A DNA stretch of 35,871 bases from Callorhinchus milii. Its lineage: Eukaryota. Positions within the stretch are counted from its first letter, which is position 1, and the number at the start of each line of letters is the position of its first letter. Of this stretch, positions 22,884 to 34,724 are shown in pieces. The notes beneath the pieces were generated by a model. The model saw nothing but the letters and a program-made list of their open reading frames with translations. It was not told where the DNA came from and did not search any database. The position numbers were made by a program, and so were the translations under genes. The stretch lies in NCBI RefSeq assembly GCF_018977255.1, contig NW_024705537.1:1-35871 (forward strand). The letters run 5' to 3'.

Positions 22884-23872
22884 ATCTGATGTGATGTGGA
22901 AAGCTTGAAGGGGATCTGACCATCTCACTGCGTTCCTCTTGAGTGAGAATGGTCTAAACCTGTTTGTGCCAATAAGCAGTGTTTGCGGTTATGTTACTCC
23001 TCCCCCCACCACCTCTTCAAGCTGAGCATTACCTCTTGCCTTTTATCCATTTTGTAACATATTGGCTCATTTTGTAGAACTATAGATTCTGGTACAGAAG
23101 GTTGTGGGTTCAAGACCCACAGCATTTGCACTTCTGTTAGGGAATAGGGTGTCAGCTATGGAGTCTGGCATTGATGGTCTCACAGAGCTTGCTCAGGCAA
23201 AGTCTGTGCTATGAATGATCTATAATTTTTGGAGAGTAATGATGGTGAGTAGGGCCTTGGGGAAATCAGGTCTGGAGGGGACAAATGCATGGAGGAGGGA
23301 TTTGGCTGTATTGGGAGTGATGTGAGGACAGAGGCAGGTGATTAAGACAATGGTTTTGGGCAGAACTTGATTTTAAGACACATTTCAACCTCCATTTCAA
23401 AAATATTGAGTTTATGTTACAATTGATATGCCATGAGTCTATGGTTATATTTTACAATTATAGTAGTATTCACAACAATGTTAGTGAAAACATAGGTTTC
23501 ACCATCTTCCATTTACCATCAGAGAGAACTGATATGTCAGATACTTAAAACGTCCTTCTCCGGAGGAATGAGCAAGTAACTGTGGTCTGTAAGTGCGATC
23601 TTTCGTGGATTTAATTTTGAACAAAACATGTTAAAGTCAATGGAATCTTTCGAGCCAATGGCAATGCGAATAGATTGTCTTATTCACTTATGTAATACAG
23701 TCACCGGACTGCACTTGAAAAACACTTTGACAAACAACAACAACAACATTATAGTTTAAAGTGCTTTCAGATTTTACCAGGTTGTTTACTCTCTGCTGCA
23801 GTTAACAATCTCCCCTTCAATACACTGAGACCCAGCTGCAGGCGAGGTGATCTTCTAGCGAAAGGCAACTTT

Positions 23873-24186
23873 AATAAGAATAATAATCCTTGCATTTGAT
23901 AAAGTGCTTTTCATGTCTATTAGTCGTCTCATGTCTATTAGTGCTTCACGGAATATACTGTAAAGTGAATTGACTATACATTTCTGGGTGAAATGCAGCA
24001 GCCAATTGCACACAGCATTGTCCCACAAACAGTCATGGATTGAAGTTACCAATTATTTATTTTCTTGAGGGATTACCATCAGGCATGTGGAGTAAGGAAA
24101 CTTGCCCAGGGGTCCGCCCCGCTAGAACCAAACCCAATTCTCTCGCTTGTGAGGCGAGTGCTCTAACCTTTGAGCTACAGGACTCC
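23873..24186 (-). mobile_element. tRNA-derived SINE at RSS nonamer (same insertion site as 3083 and 7047)
   Basis: GGAGTCCTGTAGCTCAAAGG head, AAT tail, TSD ACTTT. Confidence 0.85.
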
Positions 24187-24225
24187 ACTTTTTGGACGAT
24201 GCCTTGTGTGTCTGGGAGGGCTGTG

Positions 24226-24457
24226 TGAATGCAAGAGGCCACAATAATAGGTGGCTCTGTCCTCCTGGATGGGTTTTATGATTGTTAGAATGCACGACTG
24301 ATCACTTTTAACAGCAGAGAGACGCTCTGAAAAGGCAGGTGAGGTTTCCCTCCAAGTTCCTGAGCGGTAATAGAGAATCCATTGAAACTCCTTCCCGGGA
24401 TTCTCACGGTATCAGTGAACATACACATTCTGCACTGATCCACCCACCACTGTGCAG
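24226..24457 (-). pseudogene. TRGV: TRGV-like family 2, 5'-deleted, Trp41 to stop
   Basis: Begins near Cys23, reads CAC TGA TAC at FR2 and ends YYCGLLHS. RSS CACAGCC-23-CCAAAAAGT at 24225-24187. Leader and promoter are deleted. Confidence 0.85.
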
Positions 24458-24871
24458 CTCAGAAGGCGTAAGCAGGAGCCAAGCGTGAACTTTGTTGGGT
24501 TTAACCATACAATTAGTAAGTTGCACCGAATGGAGATTTCAAAAATTTCGCCTTCAAACTGGAATTGTTAAGGTTTCCATGTGTAAGTGTTCATCATTGA
24601 TTTGATGTGTTTACAAGCACAAAATGTCTGAGTGAATAAAATAAGGTTCCCCTTTAACTCTTTCTCTCCAGCTTAACACAATGAACACAACGCCCTCTTT
24701 ATAGTTCTTCCCAGTTTCTGGACCACAACTACCAGGATTGACCAGACTGTGATCTCTCTGCTGTAGTTAACAATCTCCCCCTCAATACAGTGAGACCCAA
24801 CTGCAGCCGTGTTGGCTTCCGAGTGAACCACAAGTTTTTGTACGATCTCTTGTGTGTCTGCAGCTGCTGTG

Positions 24872-25302
24872 TGAATCCCAGACACCACAATAATAAATGC
24901 CACTGTCATCCGAGGTGAGGCTTTTGATTCTGAGAGTGCACGAGTCCACAGTTTTTTGAGCAGAAAAACCGATTAAATCAGGCGATTTTTCTTTCTTATT
25001 TTCTGAGTGGTAATAGAGGATCCATTGCAGTCCCTTCCCGGGAGTTTCACGGTACCAGTGAACATAGTCATTGCCAATATTATTCTTTGTACAGGTAATC
25101 CTCGCTACTGATCCTGATTTCGCAATAATGGATCTGGGCTGTGACAAGGTAAAGCCATCACAGCCAACTGGAAAGACAAAAACAATCATTAGGTTATTTT
25201 ACTCTCTTTCTCTCTGACAATCTGATGGTTACTGAATGGCATTCAGATAAACTTACGCGACAGCAAGACGGTCAGTACACAGACACAGCCTGTCCTCAGC
25301 AT
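24872..25302 (-). CDS. TRGV: TRGV-like V segment, family 1, intact
   Basis: Leader 25302-25257, V exon 25167-24872, RSS 24871-24833. Confidence 0.9.
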
Positions 25303-26917
25303 GTTTGATACCATGTGTGGCCCAGGAACAGCTTCAAGCCAATTTGACCATCTCAGTTGGCTCGTCTTCCTGTGGGAAAGATCCAAACCCGTTTGCACCA
25401 ATTAGAGCAGTTTTGCGGTTGTTTCCTCTTCCCCTCAGAGCGTAATACTTGAAGCTTTACTTTGTCTCTTTGCCATTTATTCATTATTCTAATAACTTGG
25501 CTCATTTGATAGCAGTTTATTCACATAGGATTTGAGCTCCTAATCTTGCTTTACACTGGGGGAACGGAACATAATCAGAGGTACTCTCGTTGGGGTAAGA
25601 TGTTCAACCGAGTTCCCTTGCCTCATTCAAATGGACACTACAAATATTAAAACACTATCAATAAAAAATATTCTCTCTGCCCTGGTCAAACTTGTTCTTT
25701 AGTTACTGCTGTGTCCGGGAACTTGCTGCTGCTTATGGGTTTGAGTTTGCCTACAAAGGCAGCCACTACACACTGACCAACAGTTACTTATGAAGGGATT
25801 AGATACATAGCAACATGATATGGAAGTTATACCCTGACCAGTCGAGCAGCAGATTGACAACAAATCATACCAAGAGCTATTGGTAGAAACATATTTATTT
25901 GACAGAGGATTTGGGATTGATATAATTTTTGTTGATATCAGTTTGGGAAACCTCACACACACACTTGGGGACACCAACCAAACTGACCTACTGTCAGAGT
26001 GAAATTCCATTAGACATTAGTCACAAATGTTAATACAGCGAATGTTTTACCTCTTTCAAACGCCCCCTCCTGCCCTCTGCAACTGATACAATTCAAGCTT
26101 GGGGGGGGGTCACATAATCATCAATTCTTACATTATCTTACTCTCTCCTATTCCTTTCAATCTTAGTAATATCGTAGATCTCATCTTATATGAACGTGTG
26201 TCAATAAAAATGGAAACTATATGAGGGACCCAGAAAATTATTGTTACAGATTGTTAATTCGTGATTATTTGTTGCAAATTCTGTTCTGTCTTTGATGTTG
26301 TAATTCTTGTTTTAATCAGCTTTTCTATGAATTGCTTTATATCCATTCCCTCTACTTATTTTTCTTTGCAGAACTGAGAACTTGTTGACTGGTTTAAATA
26401 TGTGTGTCTTTATAGTCAGTTCGCCCTCTGCTCGAAATCTGCCTCCGTTAAGCAGAGCTGCGACAGGAAAGTGGAAAGGCTTTCATAGACTTGCACCAAG
26501 CAAAAGATTTAAAGGCATATTTACTTTTAATTTTTTATACTTGGACCTTTCACAAGGAAATAGATTAAAGAAAATACCAGGAAGTGCATAGTGACTTGGC
26601 CAGTCTTGATCTGTGGCATAAGTTATAGAATCACAGAATGTGACAGCATAGAAACACACTAATTAGCTCACTAAGGCTGCACTGGTGTTTTGCTCTATAT
26701 TAAGGCATTCAACTCTAATCGCACTCTCCTGCTCACTGCACATATACCTCAATATTTCTCTTTTTCCAGGCTTGACTTTTCCTAAAATATAATGTGGGAT
26801 GTGCTTCAGCTATGGTTTATGGCAGATCACGTTATATGCCAACCACCCTCTGTGTAAAGGGAATAATGTTGTGATGTTCAAAGCTTTATTTGTGTTACTT
26901 TACGTCTATATACGCGA

Positions 26918-26931
26918 CCACAAGGTGGCAG
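26918..26931 (+). promoter_or_regulatory. CTCF-like motif
   Basis: CCACAAGGTGGCAG. Confidence 0.65.
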
Positions 26932-27436
26932 CACACCCAACACAGTAAGCGGATTGTGCCTCTTCAGACCAGATATCCACCGTCTCTATATTAATGAAAT
27001 TAAGGTAAATTGCAGGCTTCAGAGTAGTCATGTGTTAGTTTATGAGTTATTTTGTAGAGTTAATCTGCTGATGGGCGGTGAAGTGTGTGCTATGTGGTGA
27101 TAGTCATGATTCAAGGCTTCAGAATCAACATTCAACACTGGCACATCAGATATCAGGTTTTAGTGAATGGGAGATGGATTCCATGTAACACATTTGTGAA
27201 TGTACATTTTGCGGGTTCAGCCGCATATCTGATACATGTGAAAACGCATCCCCATACCAGACTGAGACTTCCATATATGTATGTCTTTTACACATGGAAA
27301 ATTCTCTACGGAATGGAATACACATTCTCTCCCTGGAGGGACCCATCCTATTTCCTAATTCCAGAGTTTAATGGGCAAAGATTAGTGAGCCAAAGCTTGG
27401 AGATCCTGTAGGATCCTGGAGATCCTATAGGACTGC

Positions 27437-27746
27437 GGAGTCCTGTAGCTCAGTGGTTAAACTACTCACCTTGCAAGCGAGACACCTGGGTTCAATTCCA
27501 GACAGGGGGAAACCTTGGGCACGTTTCCTTACTCCACACGCCCAATGATAATCCCTCCAAAACAAAAACAATAATAAATTGGTCATTTTCAATCAACAAC
27601 TGGTTGTGGGACACTGCTGTGCGCAATTGGCTGCCGTGTTTCGCCCACAAGTATACGGTCAATTCACTTTACAGTATATTCTGTGAAGCACTTTGAGATG
27701 TCTAGAAGATGTGAAAAGCACTATATCAAATGCAAGGATTATTATT
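27437..27746 (+). mobile_element. tRNA-derived SINE, full length
   Basis: A box TAGCTCAGTGG, B box GGTTCAATTCC, Deu-like TGTGGGACACTGCTGTGCGCAATTGGCTGCC, (ATT)n tail, TSD AGATCC. Confidence 0.9.
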
Positions 27747-28235
27747 AGATCCCTGAGTATCTGTTGAATCATTGCTGCAGTTTAACCAGCTAAAACTGCA
27801 TAACTTGCTATTGAAAGCACTGCCCAGCAAGCTTGCACAATGAGGACCACTATACTAGTCAGGGATTTGGCTTGCAGAGTAAATAAGAGCTGAGTGGCAA
27901 GTGTCCTTTTTCCTAGGAAACCAGTCCTCCTCTTCAAGTTGTGCCAAAGAGTTAGCTGGCTGGCCTGTCAGAGGCAGGGCCCTGTACGACTGCAATCTCT
28001 CTGGCTAAGAATACTAGGAACTTCTTCAGCTGAAACTCCATTTTGATCTGATGGTATCCCTCCCCCAAATGGCAAAAAGATTCTAAGAAAAAGAAAAAAC
28101 TCCTCTGTTTGGTATTTCAATTGTTGCATAAACATAGAAGCTGTATCCTAGGACTGGAGGACAACACATTTGTTATTAAAAAAGTGAGTGATGTATGTGC
28201 TTGTTATATGTTACACATTCAATATTAAATTATCA

Positions 28236-28500
28236 GCCTGGTTTGGCTGCTAGCAGGCTGTCTCTGAGCAAGAAGGTTGTGGGTTCAAGACCCATATCAA
28301 GACTTGGAACTGATATATTCTATGCTGACTAATCCAGTGCTGAATTGTTGGAGGAGCTGTCCTTCCGATGAAACATTATCCCAAGATCCAGCTTGCTTTG
28401 TCCAGGAGGACATTAAAGATCTCAAGGCACTATTCAAAATGTGAAATCCTTAGGCAATATTCAAAACTATTCAAAACGAGTTTACCGCGGTGTCGTGGCC
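28236..28500 (+). mobile_element. Old SINE fragment (paralogue of 12090-12325)
   Basis: Same degraded motifs. Confidence 0.5.
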
Positions 28501-28926
28501 TTTGTTGGGATTTAATCTTAAAATTCATACATGCAGCCAATTGAAATACAAACGTATTGTTTCAAAGCTGGATTTAACCTATTTGGGAAACAATTACGTT
28601 CTTCATCTTTCTAAATTGATTTTGTTCGTTTCCAAACCCACCATGTGATTATTGTTGTGCAATCTACCATAGGTGCAAAGTTTTAGAGTGATTAAAATAA
28701 GATTTCTCTATAACTCTTTCCATCCTGTTAATACAAGGAACCCAAAACACTCTTTATAGTTTTTCCCAGTTTCTGGACCACAACTATCAGGATTGACCAG
28801 ACTGTGATCTCTCTGTTGCAGTTAACAATTTCCCCCTCAATACATTGAGACACAACTGCAGCTGTGTTGGCTTCCGAGTGAAAGGCAAGTTTTTGTACGA
28901 TCTCTTGTGTGTCTGCAGCTGCTGTG

Positions 28927-29357
28927 TGAATCCCAGACACCACAATAATAAATACCACTGTCATCCGAGGTGAGTCTTATGATTCTGAGAGTGCACGAGT
29001 CCCCACTTTTATGAGCAGAAATACGCGGAAAATCAGGCGAGTTATCTTTCTTATCTTCTGAGTGGTAATAGAGGATCCATTGAAGCCCCTTCCCGGGAGT
29101 TTCACGGTACCAGTGAACGTAGTCATTTTCCATATCACTCTTTCTACAGGTAATCATCGCTGCCTTTCCTGATTTGACAATCATGGATCTGGGCTGTGAC
29201 AAGGTGAAGCCATCACAGCCAACTGGAAAGATAAAAACAATCATTAGGTTATTTTACTCTCTCTCTCTCTGACAATCTGATGGTTACTGAATTGCATTCA
29301 GACAAACTTACGCGACAGCAAGATGGTCAGTACACAGACACAGCCTGTCCTCAGCAT
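28927..29357 (-). CDS. TRGV: TRGV-like V segment, family 1, intact
   Basis: Leader 29357-29312, V exon 29222-28927, RSS 28926-28888. Confidence 0.9.
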
Positions 29358-31028
29358 GTTTGATACAATGTGTGGCCTAGGAACAGCTTCAAGCCAATTT
29401 GACCATCTCAGTTGACTCGTCTTCCTGTGGGAAAGATCCAAACCCGTTTGCACCAATTAGAGCAGATTTGCGGTTGTTTCCTCCTCCCCTCAGAGTGTAA
29501 TACTCAAAGCTTTACGTTGCCTCTTTGCCATTTATTCATTATTCTAATAATTTGGATCATTTGTTAGCAACTTATTCCCATAGGATTTGACCTCCTAATC
29601 TTGCTTTACACTAGGGGGGGGAGAGTGGGTCGGAGCACTACACACATATATTCTCATAACTTGGCTCAATTGAAAGCAATTTATTCCTATAGGATTTGAT
29701 CACCTTATCTTGCTTTACACTGGGGGAACGCAGCACAGTCAGAGGTACTGTCTTTGGGGTGAGCTGTTCTACCGAGTTCCCTTGCTTCATTCAGATGGAC
29801 ACTAGAAATATTATGACACTATCAAAAAAGTTTTTCTCTCTGCCCTGGCCAAACTTCCCCATTAGGTACTGCTGAGGTACTGCTGTTTTCGGGAACTTGC
29901 TGGTGCAAATGGGTTTGAGTTTGCCTACAAAGGCAGCCACTACACACTGAAGTTATACCCTGACCAGTCCAGCAGCAGATTGACAATAATTCATACCAAG
30001 AGCTATTGATAGAAACATTTTGATTCTACAGAGGTGTTGATATAATTTTCGTTGATATCAGTTTGCGAAACATCACACACATTTGGGGACACCAACCATA
30101 TTGACCTACTGTCAGAGTGAAATTCCATTAGACATTAGTTAAATATTTTAATTCAGCAAATGTTTTACCTCTTTCAAACGCCCCCTCCTGCCCTCTACAA
30201 CTGATACAATTCCAGCTTGAAGGGTCACGTAATCATCAATTCTTACATTATCTTACTCTCTCCTATTCCTTTCAACCTTACTAGTGCCGTAAATCTCATC
30301 CTATGTGAACGTGTCTCAATAAAAATGGAAACGATACGAGTGACCCAGAAAATGATTGTTACAGATTGTTAATTCGTGATTATTTGTTGCAAATTCTGTT
30401 CAACAGAACGTCTTTGATGTCGTGTTTTAATCAGCTTTTCTATGAATTGTTTTAGACCCATTCCCTCTACTTATTTTTCTTTGGAGCACTTGGAACTTGT
30501 TGACTGGTTTAAAAATGTGTGTCTTTGTGGTCAGTTCACCCCCTGCTCGAAATCTGCCTCCGTTAAGCAGAGCTGCGACAGAAGGTGGACATCTTTCATA
30601 GACTAGCACCAAGCAAAAAATTTAAAGGCATATTTACTTATAATTTTTTATACTTGGACCTTTTACTAGAAAATAGATAAACAGAAAATAGGAGGAAATG
30701 CATAGTGACTTGGCCAGTCTTGATCTGTGGCATAAGTTATAGAATCACAGAATGTGACAGCATAGAAACACACCAATTAGCTCACTAAGGCTGCACTGGT
30801 GTTTTGCTCTATATTAAGGCACTTATTCTAATCGCACTCTCCTGCTCACTGCACATACTCCTCAATATTTCTCTTTTTCCAGTCTTTACTTTTTTAAGCA
30901 TTATATGGGATGTGCTTCAACTATGGTTTATGGCAGATGATTTTACGTGCCAACCATGCTCTGTGTAAAGGGAGTAAAGTTGTGATGTTTAAAGAGTTAC
31001 TTGTGTTACTTTACGTCTGGATACACGA

Positions 31029-31042
31029 CCACAAGGTGGCAG
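31029..31042 (+). promoter_or_regulatory. CTCF-like motif
   Basis: CCACAAGGTGGCAG. Confidence 0.65.
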
Positions 31043-31644
31043 CAAACCCATCACAGAAAGTGGATAGAGCCTCTTCAGACCAGATATCCACCATCTCTAT
31101 ATCAGTGAAATTAAAGTAAATTGTAGGAGAGTAGTCATGTGTTGTTTATGAGTTATTTTGTCGGTTTGATCCCAAGGCACTATTCAAAAAGTGAATGGGG
31201 TTAATCCCGGTGTCCTGCCTTCGTAGGGATTTAATCTTATAATTAATACATGCAGCCAATTGAAATTCAATCGTGTTGTTTCAAAGCTGGAATTATCCTA
31301 TTTGGGAAACGATTACGTTTTTCATGTTTTTAACTGAATTTTATTTATTTACACGCCCACCATGTGATTATTGTTGCGCAATCTACCATAGGTGTAAAAT
31401 GTCTGAGTGACCAAAATAAGGTTCCTCTGTAACTCTTTCCATCCTGTTAATATAATGAACACAACGCCCTCTAAATAGTTTTTCCTAGTTTCTGGTCCAC
31501 AACTATCAGGATTGACCAGACTGTGATCTCTCTGCTGCAGTTAACAATCTCCTCCTCAATACACTGAGACCCAACTGCAGCCGTGTTGGCTTCTGAGTAA
31601 AGGCAAGTTTTTGTGCGATCTCTTGTGAGTCTGCAGCTGCTGTG

Positions 31645-32076
31645 TGAATCCCAGACACCACAACAATAAATGCCACTGTCATTCGGCTTAACTTTTATGA
31701 TTGTAAGAATACTCGAGTCCCCACTTTTATCAGCAGAAAAACGCAATGGAAAATCAGGCGAGTTTTCTGTCTTAGTTCCTGCGTTGTAGAGAATCCATTG
31801 AAGCTCCTTCCCGGGATTCCCAAGGTACCAGTGAACATAGTCGTTGCCCATCGATTTCCCATGCATTGTACAGGTAATCCTTGCTGTTCTTCCTTGATTA
31901 TTGATCATGGATCTGGGCTGTGACAAGGTAAAACCATCACAGCCAAATGGAAACAGAAAATAAAATCATCAGCATCATTTACTGTCACTGATAATGTGAT
32001 GATCATTAAATTGCATTCAGATAAACTTACGTGACACCAGAGCACACAGCACACAGACACAACCTGCCCCCCGCAT
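31645..32076 (-). pseudogene. TRGV: TRGV-like family 3, open V frame but splice acceptor AG>AT
   Basis: Leader 32076-32031 (MRGAGCVCVLCALVS). The acceptor reads AT at 31948-31947. V ends IYCCGVWDS (YYC to YCC). RSS 31644-31606 is intact. Confidence 0.8.
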
Positions 32077-32862
32077 ATCTGATGTGAAAAGCTTGAAGGG
32101 GATCTGACCATCTCACTGCGTTCCTCTTGAGTGAGAATGGTCTAAACCTATTTGTGCCAATAAGCAGTGTTTGCGGTTATGTTACCCCTCCCCCCACGAC
32201 TTCTTCAAACTGAGCATCACCTATTGCCAATTATTCATTTTATTAACATATTGGCTCATTTGGCAGCACTGCAGGTTCTGGTACAGAAGGTTGTGGGTTC
32301 AAGAACCACAGCATTTGTACTTCTGTTAGACAACAGGATATCATCCATGGAGTCTGGCATTGATGGTCTCACAGAGCTTGCTTTGGTACAACTGATAATC
32401 CATGAGGCCATGGTTATATTTTTACAAATATAGCAGCATTCACAACACAGAAAGCTGTTAGTGAAAACACATGTTTCACCATCTTCGATTTACCATCAGA
32501 GAGAACTAATATGTCACGATACTTAAAATTTGATTCTCCAGAAAAATGAGCAAGAAACTGATCTGTAAGTGCGATCTTTAGTGGATTTCATTTTGAGCAA
32601 ACATGTTACAGTCAATGGAATCCATAGAAGCCAATGGCAATGCAAATATATTGTCGTATTCACTTATATAATAGACACAGGACTTCACAGTAAAAACCCT
32701 TTGAGAAACGTTTTGAGATGTGATATTTGGGCGATATCATCAGATTGTTTTCTCTGCTGCAGTTAACAATCTGCCCTTCAATACACAGTCCCAGCTGCAG
32801 CCGAGGTGATCTTGTGAAAGGCAACTTTTTGTACGATGCCTTGTGTGTCTGGGAGGGCGGTG

Positions 32863-33162
32863 TGAATGCCAGAGCCCACAGTAATAGGTGGCTGTGTCCT
32901 CCTGGACGGGTTTTATGATTGTTAGAATGCACAACTGACCACTTTTAACAGCAGAGAAACGCTCTGAAAAGGCAGGTGAGGTTTCCGTCTGACTTTCTGA
33001 GCGGTAATAGAGAATCCACTGAAACTCCTTCCCGGGATTCCCACGGTACCAGTGAACATACACATTCTGCATTGATGCATTGATAATGTGATAATCCTTT
33101 AATTGCATACAGAAAAACTTACGTGTCACCAGGACACTCAGCACAGAGACACAACCCCACAT
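32863..33162 (-). pseudogene. TRGV: TRGV-like family 2 with ~130-bp deletion of acceptor and FR1
   Basis: Leader ATG 33162. The intron remnant is fused to CDR1 near 33080, so Cys23 is lost. RSS CACCGCC-23-ACAAAAAGT at 32862-32824. Confidence 0.82.
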
Positions 33163-33912
33163 ATCTGATGTGATGTGTGGACCAGAGACAGTTTGAAGCG
33201 GATCGGATCACTTCACCTCACGTTTCTCGCTGTGGGAATGATCCAAACCTCTTTCTGCCTAATAGGGTTGTTGTGTGGTTGTGTTTCTCCCCTCCCCCAC
33301 ACCGATCTCTTCAGACCACACGATATCTGGGGCCATTTACTCTCTTGTTGGATCAGTTTTATATGGAGGGCAGTTATTGGGAGAAATTCCTCATCTGGTT
33401 CTAAATCGAGGATTCAGATTTTTTTTTAAGTGAAAAAACGTTTCATGATTTTTCATCTCCCATCAAGCAGAATTGACATGTTATAGTTTACAGTGCAACT
33501 CAGAAGGCGTAAGCAGGAGCCGAGCGTGAACTTTGTTGGGTTTAACCATACAATTAGTAAGTTGCACCGAATGGAGATTTCAAAAAATTCGCCTTCAAAC
33601 TGGAATTGTTAAGGTTTCCACGTGTAAGTGTTTGTTATTGATTTGCTGTATTTACAAGTACAAAATATCTGAGTGACTAAAATAAAGTTCCTCTTTAACT
33701 CTTTCCCTCCTACTTAATACAATGAACACAACGCCCTCTTTATAGTTCTTCCCAGTTTCTGGACCACAACTATCAGGATTGACCAGACTGTGATCTCTCT
33801 GCTGCAGTTAACAGTCTCCTCCTCAATACACTGAGAACCAACTGCAGCCGTGTTGGCTTCCGAGTGAAAGGGACGTTTTTGTACGATCTCTTGTGTGTCT
33901 GCAGCTGCTGTG

Positions 33913-34341
33913 TGAATCCCAGACACCACAATAATAAATGCCACTGTCACCCGAGGTGAGGCTTTTGATTCTGAGAGTGCACGAGTCCACAATTTTTTGA
34001 GCAGAAAAACTGGGAAAATCAGGCGAGTTTTCTTTCTTATTTCCTGAGTGGTAATAGAGGATCCATTGCAGCCCCTTCCCGGGATTTTCACGGTACCAGT
34101 GAACATAGTCATTGTCAATATTATTCTTTGTACAGGTAATCCTCGCTACTGATCCTGATTTCGCGATAATGGATCTGGGCTGTGACAAGGTAAAGCCATC
34201 ACAGCCAACTGGAAAGACAAAAACAATCATTAGGTTATTTTACTCTCTCTCTCTGACAATCTGATGGTTACTGAATGGCATTCAGATAAACTTACGCGAC
34301 AGCAAGACGGTCAGTACACAGACACAGCCTGTCCTCAGCAT
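33913..34341 (-). CDS. TRGV: TRGV-like V segment, family 1, intact
   Basis: Leader 34341-34296, V exon 34208-33913, RSS CACAGCA-23-ACAAAAACG at 33912-33874. Confidence 0.9.
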
Positions 34342-34710
34342 GTTTGATACCATGTGTGGCCCAGGAACAGCTTCAAGCCAATTTGACCATCTCAGTTGGC
34401 TCGTCTTCCTGTGGGAAAGATCCAAACCCGTTTGCACCAATTAGAGCCGTTTTGTGGTTGTTTCCTCCTCCCCTCAGAGCGTAATACTCAAATCTTTACT
34501 ATTTCACATTCTGCTGCTCACTCCACATACACCTCAATATATCTCTTCTTCAGGCTTTACATTTTTTTAATCTATAATATAGGCTGTGCGTCAGCAATGG
34601 TTGAGGCATGATATTTTATATGGCAACACCCCACCCCCCACCACCGTGTAAAGGGAATAAGATTGTGATGTTTAAAGCGTTACTTATATTAATTTACGGC
34701 TTCATACACG

Positions 34711-34724
34711 ACCCCAGGTGGCCG
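34711..34724 (+). promoter_or_regulatory. Degenerate CTCF-like motif
   Basis: ACCCCAGGTGGCCG, same as at 1770 and 5738. Confidence 0.35.

Noticed and set aside
27437-27512. tRNA-Ala-like sequences (also 3870-3944 and other SINE heads)
   Set aside because: A/B boxes are present, but the sequence runs into a SINE body and tail with TSDs and lacks a proper acceptor stem. These are SINE heads, not tRNA genes.
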